Source: Chitinophagaceae bacterium (GTDB lineage Bacteria > Bacteroidota > Bacteroidia > Chitinophagales > REEL01). Taken from it: a stretch of DNA of 64,000 nt. Both the position numbers and the translations under genes were made by a program. The first letter of the stretch is position 1; each line of letters opens with the position of its first letter. Location of the stretch: contig REEL01000154.1 in assembly GCA_007695095.1 (NCBI GenBank), positions 1,891 through 65,890 on the forward strand. The letters are read 5' to 3'. The notes under the pieces are model-generated. The model ran no database searches and was not told the DNA's origin. It saw nothing but the letters and a program-made list of their open reading frames with translations. Positions 29,086 to 37,388 of this stretch are shown here, piece after piece.

Positions 29086-32000
29086 ATGAACATGCCTTCA
29101 AGAAAAGAATCGAAAATAAATTCTGATTTCAGAAAAATTACCATTAGCCTATCATCTCCGGATGTTATTCTTGACAGGTCTCATGGTGAAGTAAAGAAAG
29201 CAGAAACAATTAATTACAGATCTTATAAGCCTGAAATGGATGGTTTATTTTGCGAAAAAATATTCGGTCCTTCAAAAGATTATGAATGTTATTGCGGCAA
29301 ATATAAAAGAATTCGTTACAAAGGTATTGTGTGTGATAGATGCGGAGTTGAGGTTACTGAAAAGAAAGTACGTCGCGAAAGAATGGGTCATATCAAACTA
29401 GTTGTTCCCGTTGTACATATTTGGTACTTCAAATCTTTACCGAATAAAATTGGATACCTCTTAGGTTACTCTTCTAAAAAACTTGAATCTATAGTTTATT
29501 ATGAAAGGTATGCAGTTGTTCAGTCAGGAGCAGCCGATGGAATGACCTTTGAGAAATCTAGCCAGGTTGAAGATTTTGCGCTTTTAACAGAAGAAGAATA
29601 TTTAGATGTTTTAGACAGACTTCCAAAAGATAATCAGTTGTTAGAAGATAGCGATCCTAACAAGTTTATTGCAAAAATGGGAGCCGAAGCAATTTATGAG
29701 CTACTGAAGAGAATTCAATTAGATGAATTGTCTTATCAGTTACGTGATAAAGCGGCTAATGAAACTTCCCAGCAAAGAAAGGCAGAAGCTTTAAAAAGAC
29801 TGAGTGTTGTAGAAGCATTTAGAGATGCTAACAGTCGTGAAGAGAATAAGCCGGAATGGATGGTTTTACAATACCTGCCGGTTATACCTCCTGAATTGAG
29901 GCCATTGGTTCCTTTAGATGGAGGAAGGTTTGCAAGTTCAGACTTAAATGATTTATACAGAAGAGTTATTATTAGAAACAATCGTCTGAAAAGACTTGTA
30001 GAGATAAAGGCGCCGGAAGTGATTTTGCGTAATGAAAAGCGAATGCTTCAGGAAGCTGTTGACTCACTTTTTGATAACTCAAGAAAATCGAATGCTGTTA
30101 AAGCTGAAGGTGGTAGAGCGTTGAAATCACTAAGTGATTCCTTAAAAGGAAAACAAGGTCGTTTCCGTCAAAACCTTTTAGGAAAACGTGTTGATTACTC
30201 CGGTCGTTCAGTAATTGTGGTAGGACCGGAATTAAAATTACATGAATGCGGACTCCCGAAAGATATGTGCGCGGAATTATTTAAGCCTTTTGTTATCCGC
30301 AAATTGATTGAAAGAGGAATTGTTAAAACAGTTAAATCTGCCAAAAAATTAGTCGATAAGAAAGAACCGGTAATTTGGGATATTTTAGAAAATGTATTGA
30401 AAGGACATCCCGTATTACTAAATAGAGCCCCAACGCTTCACAGATTGAGTATACAGGCATTTCAGCCTAAAATGATTGAGGGTAAGGCAATTCAGCTTCA
30501 CCCATTGGTTTGTACTGCTTTTAACGCGGATTTTGACGGTGACCAAATGGCCGTTCACGTTCCTTTGAGCAATGCAGCTATTTTAGAAGCACAAATGTTG
30601 ATGTTATCATCACATAATATATTGAATCCTCAGAATGGATCTCCTATTGCACTTCCATCTCAGGATATGGTTTTAGGCCTTTATTATATTACAAAAGGTA
30701 AAAAATCTACCCCGGAAGTAAAAGCAAAAGGTGAAGGCCTGACTTTTTACGGAGCAGAAGAGGTTTTAATAGCATATAACGAAGGAAAAGTAGATTTACA
30801 CTCCTACATAAAAGTACGTGCACTGGTTGAATCTTCCGGTGAAAATAGAGTACATAAAATTATAGAGACTACAGTAGGTAGGGTATTGTTTAATGAAGCT
30901 ACTCCTGATGGAGTACCATTTATAAATGAGTTGCTTACCAAGAAGAGCTTAAGAAATGTTATTGGTGACGTAATTAAGCGTGTAGGTATCTCTCAAACAG
31001 CCTTATTCCTTGATAAAATCAAAGATATTGGTTTTACAATGGCTTATAAAGGCGGTCTTTCATTTAACTTATCAGATTTAATTGAACCTAAAGAAAAACT
31101 CGATATTATCAATAGAGCTCAGGAAGAGGTTGATATGATTATGGAGAATTTCAGCATGGGTATCATAACTGAAAATGAAAGATACAATCAGATAATTGAT
31201 ATCTGGAGTAGAGCCAATACCAAAATTGCAATGACACTGATGGATCAGTTAAAAGAACATAAACAAGGATTTAACTCTGTGTTTATGATGCTTGATTCAG
31301 GTGCAAGGGGCTCACAGGAGCAGATTAGACAGCTTAGCGGTATGAGGGGATTGATGGCAAAACCTAGAAAATCCGGAGCTTCCAGCAGTAACGATATTAT
31401 TGAAAACCCGATTTTGGCAAACCTTAAAGAAGGTCTGTCGGTTTTGGAATACTTTATTTCTACTCACGGTGCAAGAAAAGGTTTGGCCGATACAGCTTTG
31501 AAAACGGCAGATGCGGGTTATCTTACCAGGAGATTGGTGGATGTTGCGCAGGATGTGGTTATAACCGAAGAAGATTGCGGAACTCTAAGAGGAATTGCAA
31601 TAAATTCTTTGAAAGAAAATGAAGAAGTTGTTGAAACCCTATACGAAAGAATAGTTGGTAGAATGAGCCTTCAGGATATTTATGATCCCCTTACGGATGA
31701 ATTAATTATTCGTGCCGGAGATTATATCACTGAAGACATAGCTCAGGTAATTGAAGATTCTCCTATTGATACTGTAGAAATTCGTTCTGTACTTACCTGC
31801 GAGTCTAAAAGAGGTGTTTGTGCAAAATGTTACGGACGAAATCTTACAAATAACAGAATTACTCAGATTGGTGATGCTGTCGGAATTATCGCTGCTCAAT
31901 CAATCGGTGAGCCGGGTACTCAGTTAACACTTAGAACCTTTCACCTTGGTGGTACAGCAGGCTCAGTTCAAAGCAGTAACAAATTAGCCGCGAAATTTGA

Positions 32001-33423
32001 GGGTGTAATAAAGTTTGATTCAGTAAGAACAACTGAAGTAACTGATGATAATGGTGAGACAAAAACCATTGTAATTGGTAGAATGGGTGAGCTGAGAATT
32101 CTTGATGCTAAAAGAGATAAAGTTTTATCAACTCATAACTTACCTTATGGTTGTGACTTATTTGTGAAAGATGGACAAAAAGTAAATAAAGGCGATGTAC
32201 TTTGTTCCTGGGATCCTTACAATGCCGTTATTATTTCTGATATAGAAGGAACTGTTAAGTTTGAAAACCTTATCGAAGGTGTTACTTACAGAGAAGAGGC
32301 CGATGAGCAAACGGGTTATAAGGAAAAGGTAATTATACAAACGAAGGATAAAACAAAAATACCTGCTATAATTGTAGAACCTAAAGGTAAAAATGATGAT
32401 ATAAAATCATTTAATATACCGGTGAATTCACATATTAAGGTAAAGGATAACCAAAAGATCAAATCCGGTCAGATAATCGTAAAAATACCTAGAACGATGG
32501 GTATGGTTAGGGATATTACAGGAGGTCTTCCTCGTGTTACTGAGCTTTTTGAAGCAAGAAACCCTTCAAATCCATCTGTAGTGACTGAAATTGATGGTTC
32601 TGTATCTTTTGGTGGTATTAAAAGAGGAAATAGAGAGATAATTATTGAATCTAAAGACGGACAGGTTAAAAAATACCTGGTTCCATTGTCCAAGCACATA
32701 CTTGTTCAGGAAAATGATTACGTAAAAGCCGGTTTACCTTTAAGTGAGGGAGCAATTACTCCTTCAGACATACTTTCTATCAAAGGACCTTATGCCGTTC
32801 AGGAATACCTGGTAAATGAGGTTCAGGAAGTCTATAGAAGACAGGGTGTGAAAATTAATGATAAGCACATTGAAGTCATTGTAAGACAAATGATGCGTAA
32901 AGTAATTATTACAGATCCGGGTGATTCGCATTTTCTTGAAAACGAATCAGTTGATAAAATTGACTTTTTAGAAGCAAATGATTTTATTTTCGATAAGAAA
33001 ATTGTGACTAATTCAGGTGATTCTGTCAATTTAAAAGTTGGTCAGGTTGTTACTTTAAGACAATTAAGAGAAGAGAATTCTATACTTAAAAGAAATGATA
33101 AGAAAATAGTAGAATTCAGAGATGCTCAGGCAGCTACATCTTCTCCGGTCTTACAAGGTATCACGAAGGCATCCTTGAGTACCAGTAGCTGGATATCAGC
33201 TGCTTCATTCCAGGAGACTACAAAAGTGTTAAGCACCGCATCAATAACAGCTAAGGAAGACTTTTTATTAGGTCTGAAAGAAAATGTTATAGTTGGTCAT
33301 AAAATCCCTGCCGGAACCGGTTTAAGGATATTTGACAATCTGATAGTTGGTTCAAGAGAAGAGTTTGAAGAACTTTCGTCAGATAAAAAAGACGTGAAGA
33401 ATGTTGCGGAGACTGAAGAATAG
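29086..33423 (+). CDS. rpoC: DNA-directed RNA polymerase subunit beta'
   Basis: 1445 aa. Zn-binding [20 protein letters not shown] and the catalytic NADFDGDQM. The start could be the second ATG at 29092. Confidence 0.98.
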   Translation: MNMPSRKESKINSDFRKITISLSSPDVILDRSHGEVKKAETINYRSYKPEMDGLFCEKIFGPSKDYECYCGKYKRIRYKGIVCDRCGVEVTEKKVRRERMGHIKLVVPVVHIWYFKSLPNKIGYLLGYSSKKLESIVYYERYAVVQSGAADGMTFEKSSQVEDFALLTEEEYLDVLDRLPKDNQLLEDSDPNKFIAKMGAEAIYELLKRIQLDELSYQLRDKAANETSQQRKAEALKRLSVVEAFRDANSREENKPEWMVLQYLPVIPPELRPLVPLDGGRFASSDLNDLYRRVIIRNNRLKRLVEIKAPEVILRNEKRMLQEAVDSLFDNSRKSNAVKAEGGRALKSLSDSLKGKQGRFRQNLLGKRVDYSGRSVIVVGPELKLHECGLPKDMCAELFKPFVIRKLIERGIVKTVKSAKKLVDKKEPVIWDILENVLKGHPVLLNRAPTLHRLSIQAFQPKMIEGKAIQLHPLVCTAFNADFDGDQMAVHVPLSNAAILEAQMLMLSSHNILNPQNGSPIALPSQDMVLGLYYITKGKKSTPEVKAKGEGLTFYGAEEVLIAYNEGKVDLHSYIKVRALVESSGENRVHKIIETTVGRVLFNEATPDGVPFINELLTKKSLRNVIGDVIKRVGISQTALFLDKIKDIGFTMAYKGGLSFNLSDLIEPKEKLDIINRAQEEVDMIMENFSMGIITENERYNQIIDIWSRANTKIAMTLMDQLKEHKQGFNSVFMMLDSGARGSQEQIRQLSGMRGLMAKPRKSGASSSNDIIENPILANLKEGLSVLEYFISTHGARKGLADTALKTADAGYLTRRLVDVAQDVVITEEDCGTLRGIAINSLKENEEVVETLYERIVGRMSLQDIYDPLTDELIIRAGDYITEDIAQVIEDSPIDTVEIRSVLTCESKRGVCAKCYGRNLTNNRITQIGDAVGIIAAQSIGEPGTQLTLRTFHLGGTAGSVQSSNKLAAKFEGVIKFDSVRTTEVTDDNGETKTIVIGRMGELRILDAKRDKVLSTHNLPYGCDLFVKDGQKVNKGDVLCSWDPYNAVIISDIEGTVKFENLIEGVTYREEADEQTGYKEKVIIQTKDKTKIPAIIVEPKGKNDDIKSFNIPVNSHIKVKDNQKIKSGQIIVKIPRTMGMVRDITGGLPRVTELFEARNPSNPSVVTEIDGSVSFGGIKRGNREIIIESKDGQVKKYLVPLSKHILVQENDYVKAGLPLSEGAITPSDILSIKGPYAVQEYLVNEVQEVYRRQGVKINDKHIEVIVRQMMRKVIITDPGDSHFLENESVDKIDFLEANDFIFDKKIVTNSGDSVNLKVGQVVTLRQLREENSILKRNDKKIVEFRDAQAATSSPVLQGITKASLSTSSWISAASFQETTKVLSTASITAKEDFLLGLKENVIVGHKIPAGTGLRIFDNLIVGSREEFEELSSDKKDVKNVAETEE

Positions 33424-33451
33424 AATAGTCCTTCAAAAGGGATGAATAGCG

Positions 33452-33488
33452 AAGAAAGGCCGGTTTCATGAAACCGGCCTTTCTTTTT
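33452..33488 (+). terminator. Rho-independent terminator after rpoC
   Basis: AAGAAAGGCCGGTTTCATGAAACCGGCCTTTCTT is a near-perfect GC-containing palindromic stem, followed by a T-run. Confidence 0.85.
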
Positions 33489-33501
33489 AATAAAAGTATC
33501 T

Positions 33502-33509
33502 TAACTTTG
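33502..33509 (+). promoter_or_regulatory. Candidate -7 element (TAACTTTG) upstream of the DUF3467 gene
   Basis: Exact TAnnTTTG match 29 nt upstream of the ATG at 33539, located after the rpoC terminator. The -33 region is only TTTC, with a short spacer. Confidence 0.35.
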
Positions 33510-33538
33510 TAATTAAATTTATAATAAAAACTATTGAT

Positions 33539-33871
33539 ATGGCTGATGAAAAAAATGTGAAGCAACAGGGACAAATGAATATTGAACTATCTGAAGATGT
33601 TTCTGAAGGTGTCTATTCAAACTTAGCTATAATTACACACTCTCACGCTGAATTTGTGGTTGATTTTGTACGAATGATGCCTGGAGTTCCCAAAGCAAAA
33701 GTTAAATCCCGTATTATACTGACCCCTCAACATGCAAAAAGATTATTGCATGCATTAAGTGATAATATTAAAAAGTATGAAAAGCTGCATGGTGAAATAG
33801 AGGACAAAGGAGGTCAGGCCGGTCAGGGTGGAATGCCTATGAATTTTGGCGGACCAACTGCTCAGGCTTAA
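33539..33871 (+). CDS. DUF3467-family protein (unknown function), conserved downstream of rpoC in Bacteroidota
   Basis: NIELSEDVSEGVYSNLAIITHSHAEFVVDFVRMMPGVPKAKVKSRIILTPQHAKRLL matches my recollection of the DUF3467 family. Gly/Gln-rich C-terminal tail. Confidence 0.7.
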   Translation: MADEKNVKQQGQMNIELSEDVSEGVYSNLAIITHSHAEFVVDFVRMMPGVPKAKVKSRIILTPQHAKRLLHALSDNIKKYEKLHGEIEDKGGQAGQGGMPMNFGGPTAQA

Positions 33872-33890
33872 TACATTTTATATAAAAAGT

Positions 33891-33926
33891 AAAAAGGTTT
33901 CAGAAAATGCTCTGAAACCTTTTTTT
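33891..33926. terminator. Bidirectional terminator shared by the DUF3467 gene (+) and tRNA-Pro (-)
   Basis: AAAAAGGTTTCAGA-aaatgc-TCTGAAACCTTTTTTT has an A-run 5' and a T-run 3' of the stem, so it can terminate in both orientations. Confidence 0.75.
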
Positions 33927-33927
33927 G

Positions 33928-34000
33928 TCGGAGTGACTGGACTTGAACCAGCGACCCCACGCCCCCCAGACGTGTACTCTACCAGCTGAGCTACACCCCG
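33928..34000 (-). tRNA. tRNA-Pro (GGG)
   Basis: Reverse complement: acceptor CGGGGTG/CACTCCG, anticodon arm CACGT-CTGGGGG-GCGTG (G37), T-arm GCTGG-TTCAAGT-CCAGT. 73 nt. Confidence 0.88.
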
Positions 34001-34011
34001 ATATTTTACTG

Positions 34012-34019
34012 CAAAATTA
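34012..34019 (-). promoter_or_regulatory. Candidate -7 element (TAATTTTG) for tRNA-Pro
   Basis: The minus strand reads TAATTTTG, ending 11 nt upstream of the mature tRNA 5' end. No clear -33 element. Confidence 0.35.
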
Positions 34020-34345
34020 ACTGTTTTAGACTTTTTTTCCTTTTTAAATCAAGGTTTTTCTTCAGAAATATAACTGATGCATTAATTATCTGATTACTCT
34101 TTCAATAAATATTATAGTTGCTAGGCTACTTCCACAACAATTCTATACAAAATCCTTCGATAGCTCTCTGCCTCAGGCTGATAAAGAAACCAGTAGAAAC
34201 AAAAAGCAGCTTAAAAAAACTGTTCTTTAAAAAACGCTTATTTTTAATTCGACATGCAAAAATGTCTTTTTAGAAATAATCGGCTAAGTATTGCTCGGTA
34301 GCAAGGATGCTACTAATAGTGTGGGCTGTGACACGTTATGTGAAA

Positions 34346-34755
34346 ATGTCAAAATAAATACAAAATTGGGATTACGGCCGGCCGCCCTGTATTTCATCAT
34401 AATCTGTATAAAAGACAAGGTTTATTGGTTTGGAGATATTGTTAAATCAGAATAGTTAAAAACATTTGAATTGCGTCCGGATATGAATTTAACCATGGTT
34501 GAATTTGTGGTAATGCCCAATCATTTTCATGCGAGTATTAGAATAGGGGATAATAAACATAATAAACAACAACGTGACCCACATTGTAGAGACGTTGCAT
34601 GCAACGTCTCTACAACACAATCCCACGCGTTCCCCACGTCATCGAATCCGGCAAAAAACCAATTTGGTCCGCAATCAAAAAAATTGGCACCCATTATTCG
34701 CGGGTTCTTTTTGGTGTACAGCTTTACTTTGATTGGTTTGTTCATTTGTAAATAA
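34346..34755 (+). pseudogene. Degraded Y1/HUH (IS200-like, RAYT-like) transposase gene
   Basis: Fragments occur in several frames. MSK-stop is followed by IQNWDYG, then a frameshift to ALYFIIICIKDKVYWFGDIVKSE-stop. Next comes ...VEFVVMPNHFHASIRIGDN (HUH motif HFH) and FGPQSKKLAPIIRGF. The C-terminal Tyr region is missing. Confidence 0.7.
34584..34615. repeat. Perfect 32-bp palindrome inside the transposase pseudogene
   Basis: TTGTAGAGACGTTGCATGCAACGTCTCTACAA is self-complementary over all 16 pairs. It is translated in frame as CRDVACNVST. Confidence 0.9.
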
Positions 34756-34834
34756 TCCGTTTGCAATTGCATTGCTACAACCACAAAAATCTTTACTGAA
34801 ACTTTCAAAAATTCTTAACAGAAAACCCAAAAAA

Positions 34835-35221
34835 TTAAGCTGTATGCTGTTTTAATGCATAAGGTCTATTGAATGCTTCTTGTGACAATTTAAAGTATGC
34901 TGAAAGTTTCCGGATAGTTTCTTTTGAAAAGCCTTTTTGATAGTTTAAAATTTTTGAAGCAGTTCCTTTAGTCAGCCCTAATATTCCGGCAAGATCATTT
35001 TGATTTAGTTGATTTTCTTCCATTAATGTTTTCAACAACTCAACCGGATTGAGTTCAATATTTGAATAATGTTCCTCATCCCACTTTTGAATCAATAATT
35101 CCAATAACTCTATTTCATCTACCAAGTCTTCACTTTCTTTTGACAATAAGGACTCAAGTATATCGCAATAATGAATGTACTGATGCTCATCTTTTATAAC
35201 TGTATATTTTAATTTTTCCAT
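34835..35221 (-). CDS. HigA-type XRE-family antitoxin/transcriptional regulator (no adjacent toxin gene)
   Basis: 128 aa. An N-terminal helical region ends in WDEEH. An HTH follows: NQNDLAGILGLTKGTASKILNYQKGFSKETIRKLSAYFKLSQEAF. The architecture resembles E. coli HigA. Confidence 0.7.
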   Translation of the reverse strand: MEKLKYTVIKDEHQYIHYCDILESLLSKESEDLVDEIELLELLIQKWDEEHYSNIELNPVELLKTLMEENQLNQNDLAGILGLTKGTASKILNYQKGFSKETIRKLSAYFKLSQEAFNRPYALKQHTA

Positions 35222-35590
35222 TATTTAAATGATTTAGAAATTAATATGCATCAATTATATACTGATTGCCACTTTTACATAAAGTTGTAAATATATGTCC
35301 TCAATAGAAAGCGTTCTCACTATAGAATTGCAAATCAGAAAGAGTTCTCTCACGCAGCTATCTTATTATGCTCTATATTATGACTCACCCTACACCCTCT
35401 CTATTGTTAGAGAGGGATTTGTGGTAAAAAGTTCTTTTTAATACATTAATGAAAAAGTACAGCCTTACTCTTAGCTGTCATGCTGACGATAGGAAGCATC
35501 TCCGGATTAATGGGGAGTTATCTCACAACATTTTCCATTTTCCATCATAATTTTGCCCTAAACTTCTAACTGATTACTTTCAGACTTTAT

Positions 35591-35735
35591 AAACTTTCTA
35601 CTTTTAACTCCTTATTTAAGTCTTGAACTTCTTGGAATTTGGTCTCTTAGATCTTGGTCTCTTGGGTCCTGCCTACTGCTGCTGCCTCCTGCCTACTTTC
35701 CCCTTTTCCCCTTTTCAAACTTTCTACTTTCTACT
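35591..35735. repeat. Strand-biased (C/T on plus) micro-repeat tract immediately downstream of rsmI
   Basis: A 14-nt direct repeat AAACTTTCTACTTT occurs at about 35591 and 35717, and the second copy overlaps the rsmI stop. Between them are TTGGTCTCTT x2, TCCTGCCTACT x2 (20-nt spacing), GCTGCTGC and CCCCTTTT x2. Confidence 0.7.
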
Positions 35736-36404
35736 TCCTTCTATTACAATTACAAATTCACCCTTTGGCTTTTTCTGTTCAAAATGTTTTAAAACATCAC
35801 TACATTTTCCCCTTACAGTTTCTTCAAACATTTTAGTAATTTCTCTTGAAACAGAAACATTTCTATCAGGCGAATCCAATTCGGAAATTTCTTTCAATAG
35901 CTTAACAATTCGATAAGGCGATTCATAAAGGATAGACGTTTTTGTATCCTCCAATATCGCATCTAATGACTTCTTTCTACCCTTTTTTTGAGGCAAAAAT
36001 CCGTAAAACGAAAAATGATGATTCGGCATGCCGGATAGTAAAATAGCAGGTACAAAAGCCGTTGCTCCGGGCAAACATTCAAATAAAATGCCTTCATCTA
36101 TACAGCTTTTAATAATCAGATATGAAGGGTCTGAAATTCCGGGTGTGCCGGCATCAGAAATTAATCCTACATCCTGCCCGCTTTTTAAACGGTTTAAAAT
36201 CTCTTCTGTTCTGTTTTTTTCATTATATGTATGGTAAGAACGTAGCGAAGTATCTATACTATAATGCCTGAAAATCTTACTGCTCACCCTTGTGTCCTCT
36301 GCATATACTATATGTAAATTCTTTAGGAGCTCCACAGCCCGGTAAGTTATGTCAGCCATATTCCCTATGGGGGTGGGTATTATATAAAGCTTGCCATAAC
36401 TCAT
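35724..36404 (-). CDS. rsmI: 16S rRNA (cytidine1402-2'-O)-methyltransferase
   Basis: GKLYIIPTPIGNMADITYRAVELLKNLHIVYAEDTR... and GLISDAGTPGISDPG-like motifs of the tetrapyrrole-methylase-fold RsmI. Confidence 0.9.
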   Translation of the reverse strand: MSYGKLYIIPTPIGNMADITYRAVELLKNLHIVYAEDTRVSSKIFRHYSIDTSLRSYHTYNEKNRTEEILNRLKSGQDVGLISDAGTPGISDPSYLIIKSCIDEGILFECLPGATAFVPAILLSGMPNHHFSFYGFLPQKKGRKKSLDAILEDTKTSILYESPYRIVKLLKEISELDSPDRNVSVSREITKMFEETVRGKCSDVLKHFEQKKPKGEFVIVIEGSRK

Positions 36405-36416
36405 TTTTTGCCTGTT

Positions 36417-36671
36417 TTATTTAACAGCTTTCAACTGTATTGTATAAGACTCCATAACCGGATTCGCCAGCAATTTTTTAGAAGCAGTTTCAACTACTTT
36501 TTTCGCTTCTTCTTCACTATCGGCTTCAATAGTTAAGTTAATGTTTTTGCCAATTCTAACATTGGTTATATTGTCTATCTCTAAGTTTTGCAAGCCTTTC
36601 TCTACAGCTTTACCCTGAGGATCTAATAGTTCACTTAGTGGCATGATTTTGATTTCTGCTTGGAATTTCAT
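36417..36671 (-). CDS. purS: Phosphoribosylformylglycinamidine synthase subunit PurS
   Basis: 84 aa. The sequence ...IMPLSELLDPQGKAVEKGLQNL...VRIGKNINLTIEA...KLLANPVMESY... follows the PurS pattern (compare the B. subtilis VLDPQG.AV...LAN.VIE.Y pattern). Its start overlaps the pssA stop. Confidence 0.8.
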   Translation of the reverse strand: MKFQAEIKIMPLSELLDPQGKAVEKGLQNLEIDNITNVRIGKNINLTIEADSEEEAKKVVETASKKLLANPVMESYTIQLKAVK

Positions 36672-37384
36672 TTTTTATTAAAAATTTTTAGATTAAAGGA
36701 TAAAATGGAAATTACTATGTAAGTTAAAATTATCATCGGTAATGCCGATAAATTAAAAAGCAAAAATAACAAAATACTTACAGCCAGTAATAAAATAGTA
36801 TCAATGTTGTCCTTGATTTTATTTTTAGTGAATTTTAATGCTATTAAATTTAAATTACTAATCATCAGTAAACTCAAGACCACTATTTGAATGATTAGGA
36901 TTTCTGTATTAAAAAAAACAGATTGCCAGGCTGCATCATTTTCATACCAATAAACCATACCAATTGCATACATAGCCATCGCCGGAGTTGGCAGCCCCTT
37001 GAAATGCACAGACTGACTTTCATCTATATTAAACTTAGCCAATCTCAAAGCACCAAATGCCGGCAATAAAAAAGCCAACATATTTAAGTTTAAAATCTCT
37101 CCACCTACTTCATGACCGGAGGCACTCAATAACTGAAAAAAAATAAAACCGGGAGCCAGTCCAAAAGAAATCACATCTGCCAGTGAATCCAGTTGTTTAC
37201 CAATTTCAGATGCCTGATTAAATAGTCTTGCCGCAAATCCATCTAAAAAGTCAAGAACTGCTGCCGCAATTATAAAATATGTTCCAATTATGATATCATT
37301 ATTTAAAATGTGATAAATAGCAATACTGCCACAAATCAAATTTAACAGTGTAATGATATTAGGTATCTTAAAAAAACTTGTCAA
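36668..37384 (-). CDS. pssA: CDP-diacylglycerol--serine O-phosphatidyltransferase (CDP-alcohol phosphatidyltransferase family)
   Basis: DFLDGFAARLFNQASEIGKQLDSLADVISFG is the Dx2DGx2ARx8Gx3Dx3D signature. Multi-TM protein of 238 aa. Confidence 0.85.
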   Translation of the reverse strand: MTSFFKIPNIITLLNLICGSIAIYHILNNDIIIGTYFIIAAAVLDFLDGFAARLFNQASEIGKQLDSLADVISFGLAPGFIFFQLLSASGHEVGGEILNLNMLAFLLPAFGALRLAKFNIDESQSVHFKGLPTPAMAMYAIGMVYWYENDAAWQSVFFNTEILIIQIVVLSLLMISNLNLIALKFTKNKIKDNIDTILLLAVSILLFLLFNLSALPMIILTYIVISILSFNLKIFNKK

Positions 37385-37388
37385 AACA

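Noticed and set aside
34471-34808. The 94-aa plus ORF as an intact small transposase, and the 93-aa minus ORF opposite it
   Set aside because: The plus ORF starts at TTG in the middle of the family alignment. It lacks both the N-terminal strand block (present upstream in other frames with stops) and the catalytic-Tyr C-terminus, so I call it a pseudogene fragment. The minus ORF is antisense noise.
35591-35735. CRISPR-like or tandem-repeat array
   Set aside because: The repeat units are only 8-14 nt, irregularly spaced and not separated by unique spacers of constant length. No cas genes are present in the window.
35623-35916. Two overlapping plus-strand ORFs (97 and 60 aa) in the C/T-rich tract and the rsmI 3' end
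   Set aside because: They exist only because a pyrimidine-only strand contains no stop codons. They run antisense into rsmI and start at non-ATG codons.
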